Made by a program: the position numbers and the translations under genes. A stretch of DNA of 55,789 nucleotides, the filler included, from Bipalium vagum (taxonomy: Eukaryota), in NCBI GenBank assembly GCA_037834085.1. It is 3 parts of 3 records of this genome, joined end to end, with 100 filler letters (N's around TTAATTAATTAA, not from the genome) between each part and the next. Parts side by side here need not be neighbours in the genome. Positions count along the whole stretch, not along the records: positions 38,967 to 55,789 come from JBBMKC010092151.1; 2 more parts are not named here. One strand, given 5' to 3'. The notes under the pieces were generated by a model that was given only the letters and a program-made list of their open reading frames with translations, was not told where the DNA came from and did no database searches. Shown piece after piece: positions 40,175 to 53,379 of the stretch (position 1 is its first letter; each line of letters begins with the position of its first letter).

Positions 40175-42459
40175 TTATTTATTTTTCGATTTCTTTAAAT
40201 TGGTTTTGTTTTTCGGATTTGGGTCTGAATTGTTTTCCGAACCCATTTTCCGTTTCCTGTTTTTATCCTTACTTTTGCTATCAACATTTCTCTTGTCTTC
40301 TGATTGAAACTTGATCACAGTTGCTATCTGATCATCAATGTTCACATTCTTATTACAAATGTTAGAAGAAATGGGAGACCTAGAACCATTAAAAGAAAGT
40401 CAAAGAATATAATCCTTGTCTTACGTGTACTGTGATTTGATTTTGTCTAGATTTCTGATCATACCTTGCAAATCTTCCATCTTTTTCTGCGACTCCATGC
40501 TGGCTTTCTTAGTAGGAATATTCTTTTTCAAATCAATAATATCATCATCCAATTGAATGTCCGCTTTGTCAGCCATCTTTTCGAACCAGTTTTTCGTACA
40601 AGAAGCTGTTTTGACCACGTGAGACTTCGATTCAATTTCTCGGGCTAAAATAACAACATCCTCGAAAAGTTCAACATTTCTCAGTTCCAAATCCTTGATT
40701 TCCTTTTCTATTTCGTATTGAGTTTAAAACTTATCGATCCAAAAATTAATTATTACCGGTTTTTTTAAGACTGAACAGCAACTTGTGAAACTGTCCGGTT
40801 TCGGATGGAGACAACATAATAATACTATGTCCAGGATTAAAAGCTCGAGCTGTTCTACCACTACGATGCAAATGGGTCTCAGCCGTGTGTGCAACATCAA
40901 AATGAACAACATAATCAACCTTGGGAATATCGAGACCACGCGCGGCCACATCACTGGCAATTAGCAGCCCATTTTCTAGTTTGGAAAACGATTCCAGTTT
41001 TTTCAGGCGCATCTTTTGTTGCATGTCTGCAATGAGGGCCTTAGGTTCTAGACCTAGCGTTTGTAGGACAGAGGTCAGTCGACGAACACTGTTTTTACTG
41101 TTGGCAAAAACAATTGTCCGACCCGGGTGATGTTTGATAAACCAGAAAAGTCTGGTATCCTTGTCTTCCTGTGTTGGGCACAAAATCCTCCATTGAGTCA
41201 ATTGAGCAATGTCGATTGTCGTATCGATTATTTTCGGATTGTGATGCATCCCGAGTTTTGTGATGAATTTTCCTGCAATTCACAAATATTAAAAAATTCC
41301 CAAAGAAATAGATCAGAATGAGTTAAATCATTGTTTTGACAACATTACCTAATTTGTCGTTCTTCGTCAATTTCTTCATTTTTTTCAACGGAACGTTCTT
41401 TTCATTAGTTGAATGAACAAAAGTGAGCGTAGCAGAGAAAACTAGAGTCTGTCTCGGTTTCATAGGTAAAGTTTTGATCATTCTGTCGCCGGAATTTGTT
41501 TTCATCCAATCAATTATATTTTCCAATTCAGCAAAATGACCTTTCTCTAACATCCGGTCAGCCTCGTCGATTACCAGCACGGAAATTTTGCTACAGCTCA
41601 TGGCATGTGGATCTTGCTATGAGTCGATGAAAAAATAAATAAACATTTTTTCAAAATCTGTATCGATTTAATTACTTACATCTTGGATGAAGGACCAAAA
41701 TCGCCCTGGTGTAACGACAAGTATCTCTGGCTTCTTGTTCAACAATCTTTCCTGTCTTTCGACGGACATTCCACCAAAAATTGCACAGACCTTCAAATCT
41801 GTGAATTGGCAAGCTCTTTTCAAATGATCTGAGACCTAAATGTATCGTGTAACAATTGAAGTTTCGTAATTAGAGTAAACCTGACACGCCAATTCTCTAG
41901 TGGGCGTTAAGACTAATCCATAAATGTGTTCATATGGCTTGCATTTGAGGTCTTTGTATTTATAACTTTCTGCACCAACAAATACTTCTGGATTTAAATC
42001 ACCGTCCTATATTTTATTCAATACAAAAATTCTTTAAAATCTAAAAATCTACATTCCATCCAAATTCGAGTTCGCTTTCAGAAGGTGATAAGTCACATTC
42101 TTCATCTTCATCATCACAATCATCTTCTTCGTCCATATTTTCTTTTCCCTCTTCCTCATCATCTTCAGCTTCATAGATTTCAATTTCTTTTTGCCTATCC
42201 ATTAATATTCGTGAAATCATTGGTATTCCAAAGGCCAAAGTTTTTCCAGTTCCCTTTTCAATTTAACAAAATTAAAATATATATAAGAAACACATACAGT
42301 TGCTGCAGCTCCAAGAATATCAAGCCGATCTCTAATGGCACATGGTAATACTAAATTCTGAATTTCAGTAGGCTTCTTAAAATTCTCTTTTTCTAAGGCT
42401 TTTAAGACGACATCTGGGACAAAACATTTTTCCCAATTTTTGAGAATCTCATTATCCAT
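40175..42459 (-). CDS. DDX24: DEAD-box RNA helicase, DDX24/Mak5-like; exons 42459-42298, 42253-42053, 42006-41881, 41835-41680, 41616-41349, 41272-40757, 40707-40425, 40379-40175
   Basis: Q motif (FKKPTEIQ), AATGTGKT, an acidic insert, PTRELA, TPGR, DEADRMLEKGHFAEL, RQTLVFSAT, ASDVAARGLDIP and HRSGRTARA. The HRSGRTARA and EKGHF signatures plus the insert after motif I are DDX24-typical. All seven introns are GT-AG, 44-76 bp, and preserve frame. Confidence 0.9.
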
Positions 42460-45400
42460 CTAATCAAGATTTTTAAGAATAAAATTGACTTTTACAATCA
42501 AAATTTAGAAATGTTACCGTGAAAAATTAATATCTCGAATATTTAAACAAATTTTCACTTGGATGTCTCCTTTGAAAATGTATTAAATACTCTAAATTTC
42601 AAGTAATTGTAAAAAGAATTTTTGATAAAATTAATTTTACTTAAATAAATTTGATACGGCTTCTGAAATAAAAATATATAATTATATTCTGGATTACTTT
42701 AAAAATAAAAATCCAAATCTATATTCAAAAATATAGACAAATACATATCAGATTTCACTGAAAATCTTACGCAAAAAATAATATTATTTCTGATTATACT
42801 GATTTATTCAAAAACAGTTATTATTTACGAGAGGAAATTGCATAAAATATTTTTTTGTAATAAAATAATTCATGTAACTTATCAGGTGAAGAAATATAAA
42901 AATAATGTCATTTTTACCACTGCTTAAATTTTTAACAAAAATTTCTTAAAAATTAAATACAAAAATTTAATTTTAATTAATATTTGAATTGATTCAATTT
43001 CATTTCATAATGGTGTTAATATTCAAATAAATATTATCCTGACTTCAAATTGCAAAATAATAGTCCGTTCCAAAAAACTTATTCACCACAAAAAAATCAC
43101 TTAACAATAATATGACTTTGATTCACTTGAATTCTTTTCGCCTTTGTCCTTGTTCTCTTATTTTTCTCCGTTTAACTCTATTTTTTCTGACTGTGGAGAA
43201 TGTGGTAGTTACATATACTTTCCAGTTTTTCTCCATCGGCCAGTCATTAATCAAAACAGGGATATCTTTTCTTTCTAGCTTAACCTACGCAAAGTTCGCC
43301 TAGCAATAATCCAGGTCAACCAATCCGAAGTCGCATGATCTGAATAATTGACTCTGCTGCTGCTCTCAATGCTAAACCCACAAGCTCTATATGTCTGCGT
43401 GGCTCATCCGCTCTCCTTTTCCATTAGGATAATAACAATCCAGGAGCTTTAATTATTCAGCTCAGTTCAAGTGCATTCAAACGAGATGAATAATTAAGTA
43501 AATTAGGTTTTCTAAAAAATCTCAATAAAAGTAAATATTTAATTTTTAATGTGGAAAAGTGATAATTATAATTTACTATTTTCCTATTTATTATAATAAT
43601 TATTATTATTATCATTATGATAAAATAAAAAATCTAACTTTTTTAAAAAGAAAAGATCCAAGTATTTGTCTTGGATACAAGCAGATCTAATTATTAATCA
43701 AGATTTCGTAAAACAGTATCAAAATAGATATGGTAAGATCTGAATTTTTAATATTTCCAACAATTTTAGATGTATTTTTTAAATTCCAGAACAAAGGTAA
43801 TGATTCATTGTTGCGATCGATACCTACTGTCAAGTAAGTATATTTCTGTTGTTTTTTTCTATAAAGTAAACCAACAATAAATGATGAGTAAACGTTCCAC
43901 CAAGTCAGACAACACACCTACTCACAAACAGACACATACATAATCTTGATTTTTCTACAAATATCTAATCAAATGATCCCTCATCCCATGACTCGTCACG
44001 CACAAACACGTCTCACGGTTCCAAACGAATCCGCCGGGCTGCGGGAACACTACACACAAAACTCAACAATGGAAAGTCAAATGTAATAAACGTTTTAACA
44101 CTAAAAAAGAAATAAAATATAATAACTTAAAACTTAATATGACCGATAATATAAATATGTTTTTATCATTATCATTGGTTCTCACTGTCTGACTTTCTCT
44201 CTGACTCGACTGTTTTTCTTTTGGTCCATTAGCTTTGTGGACAAAATAAAAATAACAAACTTCCAATAAATTTATTCAATATTAAAGGAAAAATATCCGT
44301 ATCAAATAATCATAACAAATAATTGATCTGGAGATAATTTTTTTATCTTAGAAAATATCAACGGCTCTACTTTTGGTCTTGTTTTTATTACTTCATATAT
44401 TCAAAAGAACTATTTGAATGTAGTTTGGATTTTCTAAAATATTTTATATTTGAATTTTTAAAATTCAATTTGTCATATTTTGAGTGATTCAAGAAATAAT
44501 AAAAATTGTTTTTTTAAATTTTTTATATTTTAATTCAACTTTCATTTCTTTCTTAAATTTTTTGGTCCATTTTTATGATTATATTTTAAAACTTCTTTTT
44601 CAATTTTATCTAATTTTTTTTTCATATGATTTTAGTTGATTTTGAAAATTAAATGAAACAGAATTGTTTTTTTTACTGCCTATTGTATTTACAATAATTT
44701 CATTTAGTAAATCTTTTAATCCAAATATAGAATTACTTTTACACAAGAAGCAAATATTTTATTAATACTTGAATTACAATTAAACGAATAATGAATAGTA
44801 TGAAGTTTTTTATTTATTGTTATTTACAAGTTTTGTTTTATTAATTTAATTCTATTAATTTTTGTGTTTATTGAAAAATGTATAAAAGTATTGAATTTAT
44901 AATAAAAAAAATTAATTTTTGTATAAAGAAAACCGAGTTCAAATAAGAAAATCAATTTGATCCCACCATTCATATATGTCATCGATTGATTTTCTGAGAT
45001 ATTTCGAAAAATCAACAATTCGATCATAAATAATTATCGGATTAAAATGACCATTCTACCAATAGTTAGAGAGTTTAATTTTGATCTAAATCAAATACAC
45101 AAATATTTAAGATAATAAATTGAAATTAAAATATTTTTATCTGCAAATAAATATACGTATGCTTAACTACGTAATTAATTAAAAACCTTGACCGTTTTTT
45201 AATTTTATTGTTTAATTAAAATTATTTCTGTTAATTAATAATATCTAACAATTTTTCAATATTTAATAAACCAATATAAAATGCTATAAAACTTTAAATA
45301 CATGTAAAATTTTTAAAAATATTTGATGCTAATATAAAATATAATTATTATTGTATATGATTTATTATTATTGTTGTTATTATTATCATTATTATTAAGA

Positions 45401-45499
45401 ATATAAAATTACTAATATAAATGAATATTTTACAAATTAATTTATAAAAAACTTATATTTCAAAACTCAGTCTTACTTCCCTAATAGCATCATTGCAAC

Positions 45500-45890
45500 T
45501 CATTTTCAAAAAATATACTGAATACCTTTTCATAATTTAAATCTATTATGTCTGACAATTTTTTTGTGTAACCTTTTTCAAATTTTTTTATATTTAAAAA
45601 TTCAAAATTTATCACCAATATTGAAGCGAGGCGTGTCTTTCTAACCATTTCTTGTTTCCTTGTTCTGTAAATTTTTAAAACATCATATTATTCAAAATTT
45701 TAACAAATCTTTATATGACAACAGCTTCTCCTTTATTCTCTGTTAAGAAAATTTCTATTTCTTTATCATCACAAAAACCCTCTAATGTTTGATTATAAAA
45801 TTCAATATCTTTATCAACAGAAAGTTTTTTAGGTTTTCTTTGGTAATCTTAAAATATTTCATCAAAAGCATCTATTATAATAAAATTACA
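45500..45890 (-). mobile_element. Polinton/Maverick-type retroviral-like integrase relic
   Basis: DAFDEIF*DYQRKPKKLSVDKDIEFYN...EIF..ENKGEAVVI*RF..ILNNMMF..FTEQGNKKWL, then RFNIGDK...KYKKKFEKGYT, matching the Polinton integrase core and C-terminal pattern. Confidence 0.7.
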
Positions 45891-47616
45891 TTTTAAGTTT
45901 GATTTCATTGCACTTGGAAGATGTAAATATTAAGAATATACTGAAGGGCTTGGTTTTTCAAAAAAATTCTACTTACAAAAAATACATATTCAACTTTCAA
46001 AAATGTCGCTTTCAAGTTCATGAGAGATAAGATTTACTAATGAAGATGAAAACTAATGAAAGCATGAAAAAACATGATTGATAATTTCAAGTCTAAATGT
46101 GGTTAAAAAATTACTTTGGAAATTTGTTATAAACTTTGATGTTGAATCTCTGTAAAGTATTATGATTAAAAGTTGACAAACCAAACATGAACTTATTTTT
46201 TGTGTAAAAGATTTTCCATTTTCATTGATGTTATGTATTTTTCATTAATCTGTTGTAATGGTCAAAGGAACATAATAATATAATATATTATAATATAGAT
46301 AAAAGATAAATATTAAAATAAAATTAAGAAATTCCAATAATAATAATTTAAAATAAATACTTTAGATATTTTAATTAATATAACTTTAATAATAATAATA
46401 ATTAAATAATATATATATTTTAATAAATAATAATATATTTTAAATAATTATGTTTTTGTATTTCTAATCTTGACAATTTGATTACTATTGGACTGACTTA
46501 GAAAAACCGCCCAGAAAAGGAAATGACTTTTCCCGTTAATATTATTGTTCAAAGACTGTGTAGCCGGATGGCAAATTTAAAAAGACAACGGAGTCCACAA
46601 TGGACTACCGAAGCAGTTGAATCTTATATTTTGAGCATATTTTTAAGGATTCAGAAAAGAATTATCTTATCAGAAGAAGAAAATTATTTTTATAGAAAAT
46701 TTTATTTTGTGGAAATAATTCTCAGATATAAATTTTCAGTTACTATAGGTTGCTGATCTTTCTTGTTTATATGATTTTCATGCGACATTAGTCAAAGATG
46801 AGTCCTGTGCGATTCTGTCGCTTATGACAAAATTGGTTTAACTCATCTAACAACCCAAGGACCCACTGTCAGAAAGCGATGAGGTGCTAATTGGTTTTTT
46901 CCTATTTTAATAATAATGAAATTTTGAACTATTTTTGATTGACAATTAATCATTTGATAGATTCAAAATTAATTATCTTTATTGATTATAGTAATTATTC
47001 GTTTATATTTATTCACTTGATTATTTGACTGTTGTTTTACTTGAGTTAATTTGATGGGTTCACTTCCTTTTCATTATCTTTGTTTAGAACATTTGATCGT
47101 ATTGTGTTAATAAGCTCGAATCATACATTGACTTTGATTGAGTATCATTGTGTTGAGAAAATAAACTTTTATTGAGGTTATATTGATTCATTTATATTCG
47201 AAAAAATTATTAACTAAAGTGAATGAGTCAGTAAAATCCTGATCCAAATGTTACACAAATTATCATAGTAGTAAAGAGTAACAAATCTTTGTATGGAAAT
47301 TTACTTAATCAGGAATATTTTTATTTTAATTTTCTGAAAGAAATAATTACCATGGAAAACTTATGATTTTTTGAATCCGAAACTAGGCAAATCTAAATCA
47401 AATAATAATATATTTTGAAAAATTACGAAGTAAATAAGTGATAAGATTAAAATGTTATTTTCAAGATATCATAAATCATATTTGATTGGATAAATTTTAC
47501 TATTGGATAATAATCATTAATAATTTATAAAAATGCCAAATTGATATTTTTTATCCATTTTATTTTTAATTTTTCGGCTAATGTGAAAAGTTTGTTGAAA
47601 TTTTTTATTTTTTCTC

Positions 47617-48666
47617 ATGATGGACCTAAATAACTCCTTTTCCAATAATACCAATACATTTGTTATTAGTACATACTTTGTTTTCCCATCATTCTTTGCG
47701 GTTTTGGCAATTACAATTTTCATTCATCTGAAGACTAATTATTCTTCGCTCGTCATTTATAAAGCAGGAACTTTGTTTTTAATCCGAATAATTGCTTATA
47801 CGGATTTATTTAACATGACAATTAATGTATTGTTTGAATGGATTTTAATCTACTTTAAAGTTTGGTATTTGAAACTGGAAACATTGTCTTTTAATATTAT
47901 CTGTAAATTTCACGAAATGGGTCCAAACTTTTCTACAGTCCTTTCTGAATGGTCACTGGTGTTATTCAGCTTAGAAGGTATGGCAGCTGCTAATCTTCTG
48001 GTAAAACATCAAAGCCACGCTGGGTCCGGACCTATATTGTTGAACTCCACCTTGAAAGTAACTCAATATTATCGATATTTCTCTCTTATCAGAATGCAAA
48101 TCATCGTCGTTCTGTTTATAATAATTAACTTTGCAGCTCACTGCAACTATTTGTGGCTGACCAATATTCATTCTGAGAACGATACTGTTTTCTGTTTTCC
48201 CAATCCAGCTCATCTTTATTTTACCTTTACCATCTACGTTGAAATATTTTACCAAATTATAATTCCCAACACAATTGTTTTTGTATGTTTGGCTTACACG
48301 ATTTGCAATGTTTTTCTCTTCTATTTCCGGAAGCAAAGATTGATAAAGATCGACAGAAAAGTTTCCGAAAAATCAATCTTTGACCGAGAAACCAGATCCC
48401 AATCTCTTCTTTCAAATCGATTTCAGCCTTTGAAACCACTCACCATTGAACTTCATATATTGATCATATGGCTTTACATTTTGATTGCGATTTGTTCCAT
48501 TTCATTTGATGCTTTTCATAATTATCACCGGATAAAAGTTGTTTTTAAAAATCATATTATTATTTTGGATCCAGATTTAAAGATCTTGTTAGATGCCACT
48601 AAATTTTCTGTAAAAGGAATGATCTCTTTTATTTTTCTTAAAAGAATAATCCATGAAAACCATTAA
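47617..48666 (+). CDS. Intronless divergent rhodopsin-family (class A) GPCR-like protein, 349 aa
   Basis: About 7 hydrophobic segments, N-terminal N-glycosylation sequons, TM2 IAYTD, TM3 ICK...SEWSLVLFSLEG, an ECL2 Cys (VFCF), and TM5 IIP. Confidence 0.75.
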   Translation: MMDLNNSFSNNTNTFVISTYFVFPSFFAVLAITIFIHLKTNYSSLVIYKAGTLFLIRIIAYTDLFNMTINVLFEWILIYFKVWYLKLETLSFNIICKFHEMGPNFSTVLSEWSLVLFSLEGMAAANLLVKHQSHAGSGPILLNSTLKVTQYYRYFSLIRMQIIVVLFIIINFAAHCNYLWLTNIHSENDTVFCFPNPAHLYFTFTIYVEIFYQIIIPNTIVFVCLAYTICNVFLFYFRKQRLIKIDRKVSEKSIFDRETRSQSLLSNRFQPLKPLTIELHILIIWLYILIAICSISFDAFHNYHRIKVVFKNHIIILDPDLKILLDATKFSVKGMISFIFLKRIIHENH

Positions 48667-48940
48667 TAATTGATTCAGTTTGAATAGAGGTTTTACTTTA
48701 TGTAATGTAAGACAATTTCAAAATCTTTTGTTTTATATGTTGAATAATAAATTCTGCTTTATGAATTGTGAATTACATTACGAAACTGCTTGGAAATATA
48801 ATATTCATCTGGTTTTTGAAATAATTTTAAATATTATAATTTATATATTATTAATAAATAATTATAATTTAAATATTATAATTTATTTTTTGATTTTTTA
48901 CACATTTTTTTCAATTTTAATATTTTTAAAATTAAATGAA

Positions 48941-48943
<3 letters not shown>

Positions 48944-49006
<63 letters not shown>
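48944..49006. repeat. (TAT)n microsatellite
   Basis: Perfect run of about 20 units. Confidence 0.95.
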
Positions 49007-49007
<1 letters not shown>

Positions 49008-50419
49008 TAATTTTAGCAGATATTTAAAAAAATTTCTCCTTTATGATATTGAAACAAATAATTTCATGTTTATTATTATTTCTAAGGATAATTAAATATA
49101 AAAATAAAAATTATTAAATTGAGAAAATTTGATGGAATCTCTTATGTATAAATTTAATGGCAGAAAAATAAACAATTTTAAAATTATGATTAAACAAATT
49201 GCTTTCATCCGCGTTGCTGATCACATTAAAATAATTATAGGTCAAAGAGATTAATGACTGCCAAAGATAAAGCATGAGTTTTCGATTTTTTGATAAACCA
49301 GCTTTTTAATAATTATGATAAGTTTGAAAAATCAGTTGCAAATCTGATAATAAATTTTATGATGATTAAAAATTAATTATTTTGAAAATAATTATTATTA
49401 TTTTTGTTTAAATGATTTTAGTAACCTTAATGATGGTACCATTTTAGATGTGAAATCAAAATTATACTGAGAACTTATCTTGACGAAAGACATTTAAAAT
49501 AAAATTGTAATTTTTAGTGTTAAAAAATGAAATGTTTGAACAGGAACTTCCAGGTATCATGAGGATAAATATCAGGATCGAAATTCTGTTCTTTCTGTAT
49601 ATTAATTTTTCCTCTGTATTGAAAAAATATCATATATGAAATAAATCACTATCAAACATGTCTGCTAAAACATAAACTGTATCGTTCTATATACATATAT
49701 CTAATATTAAGTTTTATTAAATCTGTTTATAAATTATTACCGAATGGTACATTTAAGAATATTTTTTGAATTTTGGGTTCTTTAAAAAATAATGAACGAT
49801 TCATTTCTGAATTTAACCTGTTTAATATATATCAATATATAAAGTATTTCTCTCCCACTTGATTTGCAAATTGCAGTTGAAGAATTTGAAATTGCATAAT
49901 AACATCGAATGATGTCAATTTTCAAATCGAGATTCATATGCATGCATATTATATTTGTAAAAAATTTATTATTTAAACAAAATCAACTTTAATCAGTTTA
50001 ATAAAAATTTTTAAAATTTAATTAAAATATAGTTTGCTTAAAATTTGATAGGAAAAACAAAATTTTCCTTTTTTGGGAACCACTCTGTATATATAGTGTT
50101 GGACAGGTACTTTTCACACATGAATTTTTTGGGAATATTTATTATTTATTTTATAGGAATATTTGTTACACCATATTTTATTGCTAAAATTGTAGTGTAA
50201 TTTATAACAATAATTTATAGAAAAATTTTAAAAAAATACTGTCTTTCATAAAATCAATAAATAAATGAATTTCAAAGATAAATAATGGACAGATTTTTCA
50301 CACATTTATTTATAGAGAAAATACTACAACTTATTAAATAAAATTCCATTTATTCTAAGAATATGGGTAACTTATGTGTAACTTAGTGTACATATGACAT
50401 TAATTAATCCGAGATTACA

Positions 50420-51720
50420 TTGACAATCCAAAGGCTTTTACTTTTTCCTGTTTGAATATTGATCTCTGGTTGCCGCTCGTTTATTAATAATGATTCGCTT
50501 ATCTTCCATTCATCGTTATTATCAAAATTATTCATAATTACTCGAAATTCTTCAGCATTAATTGTACTTTTCGCACAACACAATTCAATGAATGATCTAA
50601 AACTTTACTCGTTCTGATTAATTGCGAATGTTCATTAATACGTGTTCTGAGGTGACGCTTTGTCTCCCCTATATATAAGATATTACACCCATGACATTTA
50701 AATTTGTATACGATATTAGCTTGCAATATTGCACATGTTGGCGTTTTAATTTTTAAATAACCTTTTGTTTTGACTGTCATTGAAATTACTTTTAAATCTT
50801 CAAGCTCAACAGTTTTTTCTATTATGTTCTTGAATGTTCTAAATCCTTTTGAAAAGGGTATTTTAAGTATGTTCTTGAACTCTTCTTTTCTATTTTCACT
50901 TTTCTTTCCATCCTATTCTTTTTCAGTTATTAATCTTCTAATTGTCCGATTGATGATCTTTTCTATTTTTCTATCTGGATATGCATTCTTTTTCAACCTT
51001 TCTTTAATATTCAGTTCCTTATCTATCTCTTTATAATCTGATATTAAAGACCATACTCTATGAATTATTCCTTTTATTAATCCACTTTTATATCTTTCTT
51101 CACAAACACTATTGTTTGTCTCTTTTCTAAATATATTGATATTAAATTTATTATTCGATTTCTCATTTTTAACAATAACATCTAGAATTGATAGTTTTTC
51201 ATTTCTTTCTTTCTCCATCGTGAAATTAATATTTTCATGTAGACTATTCATATATTTTAAAAGTGGGTCGATGTGATTTTCACTCTCGAATATTAAAAAT
51301 AAATTAACAACTTATCTTTTATAAACCACTGTTTTACTTCCTTAATAATTGTCGATTTTTATTTCTAAGTACCCCATGCTGCTTTGAGGTTTTAATTTTT
51401 CGAATTTATCACAACTCAGTATGCTATTAACTTTATTTAAATATTGATCTTTGTTCAGTATTACGTAGCCTTTTTTTATATAAAATTTTGTGATAATCAG
51501 ATCCTTTTTGCTCAATTTTTTTTTATTATTTCTTCCTCTTTTTTATTTATATATTTATTATTTTTATATATTTCTAATGTTTTCTTTAACATTTTTATTT
51601 TTTCTTTTTTATATTTCTCATCTATTGTCGAATCTATTATCATATCTTTGCATAACTTTTCAATTTTCGCTTTTAATTTGATGAAATTGATGTTTGCTTT
51701 GCAAAATATTTAAATTAAAA
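50420..51720 (-). mobile_element. Penelope-like retroelement relic (N-terminal coiled region, RT thumb, GIY-YIG endonuclease), internally deleted
   Basis: MNSLHENINFTMEKERNEKLSILDVIV..IFRKET (RT C-terminus) and NIVYKFKCHGCNILYIGETKRHLRTRINEH (GIY-YIG with CxxC). Confidence 0.9.
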
Positions 51721-51770
51721 AATAGGCCGTCGTTTAGGTTATTAAAGCGTATTGTTTTAAATATAGATGA

Positions 51771-51804
51771 TTGATGATGAACGGATAATAGCTCGAAACA
51801 TGTT
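51771..51804 (+). ncRNA. Degenerate minimal hammerhead-ribozyme-like motif next to the Penelope relic
   Basis: tTGATGA-TGA(12 nt)TC-GAAA-CATG-TT. The core has C3>U. A palindromic CATG loop follows GAAA. Confidence 0.45.
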
Positions 51805-52078
51805 TTATAATAATAAATGTTTTAAAAAAATTTTATTCAAAATTATTGAAATTTGTTTATTTAAAAAATAAATTGATGATGTTCACAAGATTAAAACTAA
51901 TAATAATAATTTATGAATAAAACAAAGATTATTATATATAAATATCATTATGAATTGATATAAATATAATATTTATTATAATTTTTAAGAAAATGTTGAA
52001 AAATGTAGGATATTATTTTTTCTCTTAGTATTATTTCATATCGGAAATAATTTAGCAAAAATGACAGAAGGAATATGT

Positions 52079-53379
52079 TCATCTTTGTAGCTGACCCACA
52101 CGTAAGTAATTCCATTTTTGACGTATACAACATACCAATGTTATCATAAGTAAAATGCTCAGAATTATGGAGGGTGATATTCTCAAATACTTTTGACTTC
52201 TGATGTATTTCAATGAGGTATGTTCTGTATATATATTCACTTTGATTGTTTGGTTTACAACTCTAATTCCTAGACCTGGAATGGTATTTTTTGCAATACA
52301 GATAAAAGTCAATTGAATGTTTGTTTGAATATTGGGTGGAATAGAAAGTGTGGCCATGTCTTTAGTTGTCGTAATATTGAAAGTTTGAGAAACGTCTTCT
52401 TCTAAATAATTCAATATTTTCCATGTGACTGCTGGTTCGGGAAACCCTCCTCCATTATTTAAGCATATTAAAATATTTCCAGGTTCAAAATATTCCTGAT
52501 TGACGGGAGTGATCTGAACCGATTTTGAACTATCTAGAATAGTTAATAAAAAACTTCATTTGAAAACCAAAAGAAACTTACGATAAATACGTATAGTCTT
52601 TTCAATTTTTTTGGCACCAGACGAGCAAATTATTTTTGTTTTATCATTCTCAATCGAGGGTAAAATGACCGTTACTATGTGAACATCGTCATGATAGTAC
52701 TTCGTGTTTTTTGACAGAATATTTACAGAGTCGTGAAAGGACAAATTCACTGGCACTTGAGAAAAGCCTTTTGTTGAAGAACATGTTACAGTTGCACTTT
52801 GATGTTCCAATAAATGTTGTTCTTGAGATGTTCCAGACTTTATTTTTAAACTTAACACTGGACTGATAAAGAGAAGAATCCGATATTTATAAATTAAATA
52901 TTTGGTTTTAATAGGGAACATCTTTTTAATCTCCTGTTGATTTGGATTAAATATCAATTGGAGGATGCCAAAATGTGACTGATAATGCAATTGCATTTTT
53001 ATATTGACCGATCTATATCGGGTTTCAATACTCTTTAAGATGAAATATTTCCCATCATTATTATAATATCTTTTGGTTTCAAAAAAGGGATAAAATATAA
53101 AATATTCCTCATCTCCGTCTGTCGAAGTAAAATGTATAAGTATTGAATAATACATGTTAGGATTGGTGTATCTTTTCATTTCCAACGTTATTGAAAAGTC
53201 CTCAGATATTTTATGAGGAAATGAACTAACTCTTTTCAGATGAAAAGGGTTTTCTTCATCATTTAACTCCATATTTATATATGAGGGTTTGATAAGGACT
53301 GTCCACAGTACGCCTAAAACGAAAATAAATAAAAGTAATATTTTAATGTAATCTTACAATATAAAATATTTCGTAACAT
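52079..53379 (-). CDS. Type I membrane protein with immunoglobulin-like domain(s), ~402 aa; exons 53379-53358, 53313-52582, 52533-52079
   Basis: Signal-like MLRNILYCVLWTVLIKPS. Ig pattern LIC..GGFPEPAVTW...ATLSI...FICIAKN, with a second Cys pair upstream (VTCSS..GF..P / IICSS). TM ISPSIILSILLMITLVCCI and a 14-aa tail. GT-AG introns of 44 and 48 bp preserve frame. Confidence 0.8.

Noticed and set aside
43100-44070. GC-richer blocks possibly from retroelements
   Set aside because: No diagnostic motif could be read.
48680-49027. Poly-Tyr ORF
   Set aside because: Translation of a (TAT)n microsatellite.
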